From Breznakia blatticola (GTDB taxonomy: Bacteria > Bacillota_I > Bacilli_A > Erysipelotrichales > Erysipelotrichaceae): a stretch of 8,909 nucleotides of DNA. The position numbers and the translations under genes were made by a program. The stretch is from contig NZ_SODD01000065.1 in assembly GCF_004365815.1 (NCBI RefSeq), positions 1 to 8,909 on the forward strand. The letters are read 5' to 3'. Under the pieces are notes generated by a model. It had not been told where the DNA came from, ran no database searches, and saw nothing but the letters and a program-made list of their open reading frames with translations. Below are positions 7,565-8,909 of this stretch, piece after piece. Positions within the stretch are counted from its first letter, which is position 1. Every line of letters starts with the position of its first letter.

Positions 7565-7657
7565 GAATTTCCCTCATATAGTATTGTATTTCGTCCAACT
7601 TTCTAAAAGTATTTTTCACTACTTCACGATACAAACTTTAAACAGATACAATGTAAG

Positions 7658-7685
7658 GTTTTCTTTCTATTTCCCTTGCTCTTTT
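7658..7685 (-). repeat. Polypurine (minus-strand) direct repeat, copy 1, in the leader of the 405-aa gene
   Basis: Plus strand reads GTTTTCTTTCTATTTCCCTTGCTCTTTT. It shares the exact 11-mer CTTGCTCTTTT (7675-7685) and the GTTTTC(C)TTTCT arm with copy 2. Confidence 0.55.
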
Positions 7686-7872
7686 GTCATATGTATTCAC
7701 ACAGTAACATATCACCCTTTTTGTGTGTATTTGTACGTATGTATCAGTTGGTGTATTACCAACATTATACATAAAATTTTAACTCTATTACTTTTAATTT
7801 CTATTTTATGTAATCTACCCCTCCAGATAAACCACATAACCCTTTTGTCAAATTCTCTACTTACGCTGAAGT

Positions 7873-7897
7873 GTTTTCCTTTCTCTCTTGCTCTTTT
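7873..7897 (-). repeat. Polypurine (minus-strand) direct repeat, copy 2
   Basis: Plus strand reads GTTTTCCTTTCTCTCTTGCTCTTTT. The exact 11-mer CTTGCTCTTTT is at 7887-7897, 212 bp from copy 1. Confidence 0.55.
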
Positions 7898-7915
7898 TAA
7901 AAAATAAACCACTAA

Positions 7916-7947
7916 AACAAAGGAAAAATATAAATAATTCCTTTGTT
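7916..7947 (-). terminator. Candidate intrinsic terminator downstream of the orphan response regulator
   Basis: Perfect 10-bp inverted repeat AACAAAGGAA (7916-7925) / TTCCTTTGTT (7938-7947) with a 12-nt loop. On the minus strand it is followed by TTAGTGGTTTATTTTTT. The stem has only 3 G:C pairs and lies ~130 nt after the stop codon, so support is moderate at best. Confidence 0.35.
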
Positions 7948-8077
7948 ACTTTTTACTATTTAATGAATGATAAGATTCAGTTGATGTGTTTCAATCTTTG
8001 CCAAAATATTGCATGTATTGCAATGTAAATACTGTGTTTATTGCTTATTCTTATCTTTCAATGCTTCTCTCATTAAG

Positions 8078-8755
8078 TTATTCATCCCATTTATATCCAT
8101 AACCACGTATAGATGTAATACAGAATATATTAAGTTTTGATCGTAATCGTTTAATATGTCCATCAATTACTCTAAGCTCAATATCCTCTATATCGATTGT
8201 CCAAATCTTTTCTGCAATCTCTTCTCTACTCAATGCGATTCCTTTGTTTTCTAAAAACATAACTAATAATTCATATTCTTTTCTTGTTACTTCTACGACT
8301 TCACCATCTTTAGTAACTTGTCTTTTCTTTGTGTCTACAACGATATTTTCTCTTTGTGATTCTAACTCATTTCCATCTTCTGATTTAAGCATAATTTCCT
8401 TACGAAGCAATTCTTCAATATATTTTGTGGTAACATCAATACTTTTATTTTTACTAAAATAGTGATCCACATTTGCTTCAATTGCTTTGATTTCAGTTTC
8501 TTCATCTGGATTTGCAGTCAGAATCATACTTTTTAATGTTGGATGTATCCCTCTTAAAATAGAAATCATTTGAATTCCATTCATTCCTTCCATCATTTGT
8601 TCAGATACCACGAGATCATAATGTACGTTTACAAAATTTGCTACTGCCTCTACTGGATCTTTTATGTTTTTTACGTCGTAACCTTTTTTCTCTATTGCTT
8701 CTTTTAACTTTGTTGAATAGCTTTCATCTTCTTCAACTATTAAAATTTTATACAT
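8078..8755 (-). CDS. Atypical orphan OmpR/PhoB-family response regulator (225 aa) with Glu at the phospho-acceptor position
   Basis: Strong SD GAGGAGG lies 4 nt upstream of the ATG. The receiver-like N-terminus reads ILIVEEDE...YDLVVSEQMMEGMNG...MILTA...YFSKNK. The canonical wHTH reads VTRKEYELLVMFLENKGIALSREEIAEKIW...RVIDGHIKRLRSKL...IRGYGYKWDE. Aligned by eye to the neighbouring regulator, acceptor Asp55 corresponds to Glu52 (GAA, 8600-8602). Confidence 0.9.
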   Translation of the reverse strand: MYKILIVEEDESYSTKLKEAIEKKGYDVKNIKDPVEAVANFVNVHYDLVVSEQMMEGMNGIQMISILRGIHPTLKSMILTANPDEETEIKAIEANVDHYFSKNKSIDVTTKYIEELLRKEIMLKSEDGNELESQRENIVVDTKKRQVTKDGEVVEVTRKEYELLVMFLENKGIALSREEIAEKIWTIDIEDIELRVIDGHIKRLRSKLNIFCITSIRGYGYKWDE

Positions 8756-8909
8756 TTTTCCTCCTCACACTTCACACCAATTAAAAAATGACACAATCAA
8801 CACGATTCAATCTTAACTGTTAAACATCAAATAGATATGACTAGAAAAACAAAGAAAAAGTCATTTTATTATTTCCATTGAGATAATCTTGGAAACTATA
8901 AATTGACTT

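Noticed and set aside
7446-7912. ORFs in or overlapping the long gap: 131 aa (+, 7512-7907), 66 aa (-, 7712-7912), 62 aa (-, 7446-7634)
   Set aside because: The two minus-strand ORFs start at non-ATG codons (GTG and TTG). None has an SD. The products are low-complexity or implausibly basic. One overlaps the well-supported start of the 405-aa gene out of frame, and the plus-strand ORF lies antisense to that same start. I treat the region as non-coding, though a small basic protein cannot be formally excluded.
8244-8462. Plus-strand 72-aa ORF inside the orphan regulator gene
   Set aside because: It is an antisense shadow ORF. The product is Ser/Thr/Phe-rich and low-complexity, with no RBS.
3565-8890. 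AAGATT/AATCTT-type hexamers, and the 8-mer ATAATCTT, recurring in the three upstream regions. Positions: 3565-3572 on the minus strand; 7972-7977 paired with 7993-7998 as an inverted repeat; 8809-8816; 8883-8890
   Set aside because: These are short AT-rich words with inconsistent orientation and spacing. Their expected chance frequency is high in this DNA, so they are not convincing as a shared operator without a statistical test or binding data.

Overview
This AT-rich window looks like low-GC Gram-positive (Bacillota) DNA, judged from GGAGG-type ribosome-binding sites and Sec-type signal peptides. I cannot assign a species. All six credible genes are on the minus strand.

In transcription order (high to low coordinate):
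1. An orphan OmpR-family response regulator (8078-8755) whose phospho-acceptor Asp is replaced by Glu.
2. A 513-bp non-coding gap (7565-8077) that is unusually long for this otherwise tightly packed cluster and is rich in repeats and hairpins.
3. A tightly packed four-gene unit:
   - a membrane-anchored protein with Ig-like modules and a C-terminal NlpC/P60-like domain that contains no cysteine (6347-7564);
   - a canonical OmpR-family response regulator (5641-6312);
   - a two-TM extracytoplasmic-sensing histidine kinase (4278-5669);
   - a type-I membrane protein with an Ig-like ectodomain, translationally coupled to the kinase by an ATGA overlap (3646-4281).
4. A 1123-aa secreted beta-rich protein (86-3457) behind its own sigma-A-like promoter. 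It ends in an SdrD-B/Cna-B-type domain and has no recognisable wall or membrane anchor.

I saw no rRNA, tRNA, CRISPR array, transposase or integrase.

The most interesting reading is an uncharacterised envelope-sensing module: a two-component system bracketed by two membrane-anchored ectodomain proteins, one apparently a Cys-less pseudo- or variant hydrolase. It sits with a paralogous, probably phosphorylation-independent regulator and next to a giant anchorless surface or secreted protein that is a plausible target. All functional calls come from motif reading by eye. No database search or folding calculation was possible.
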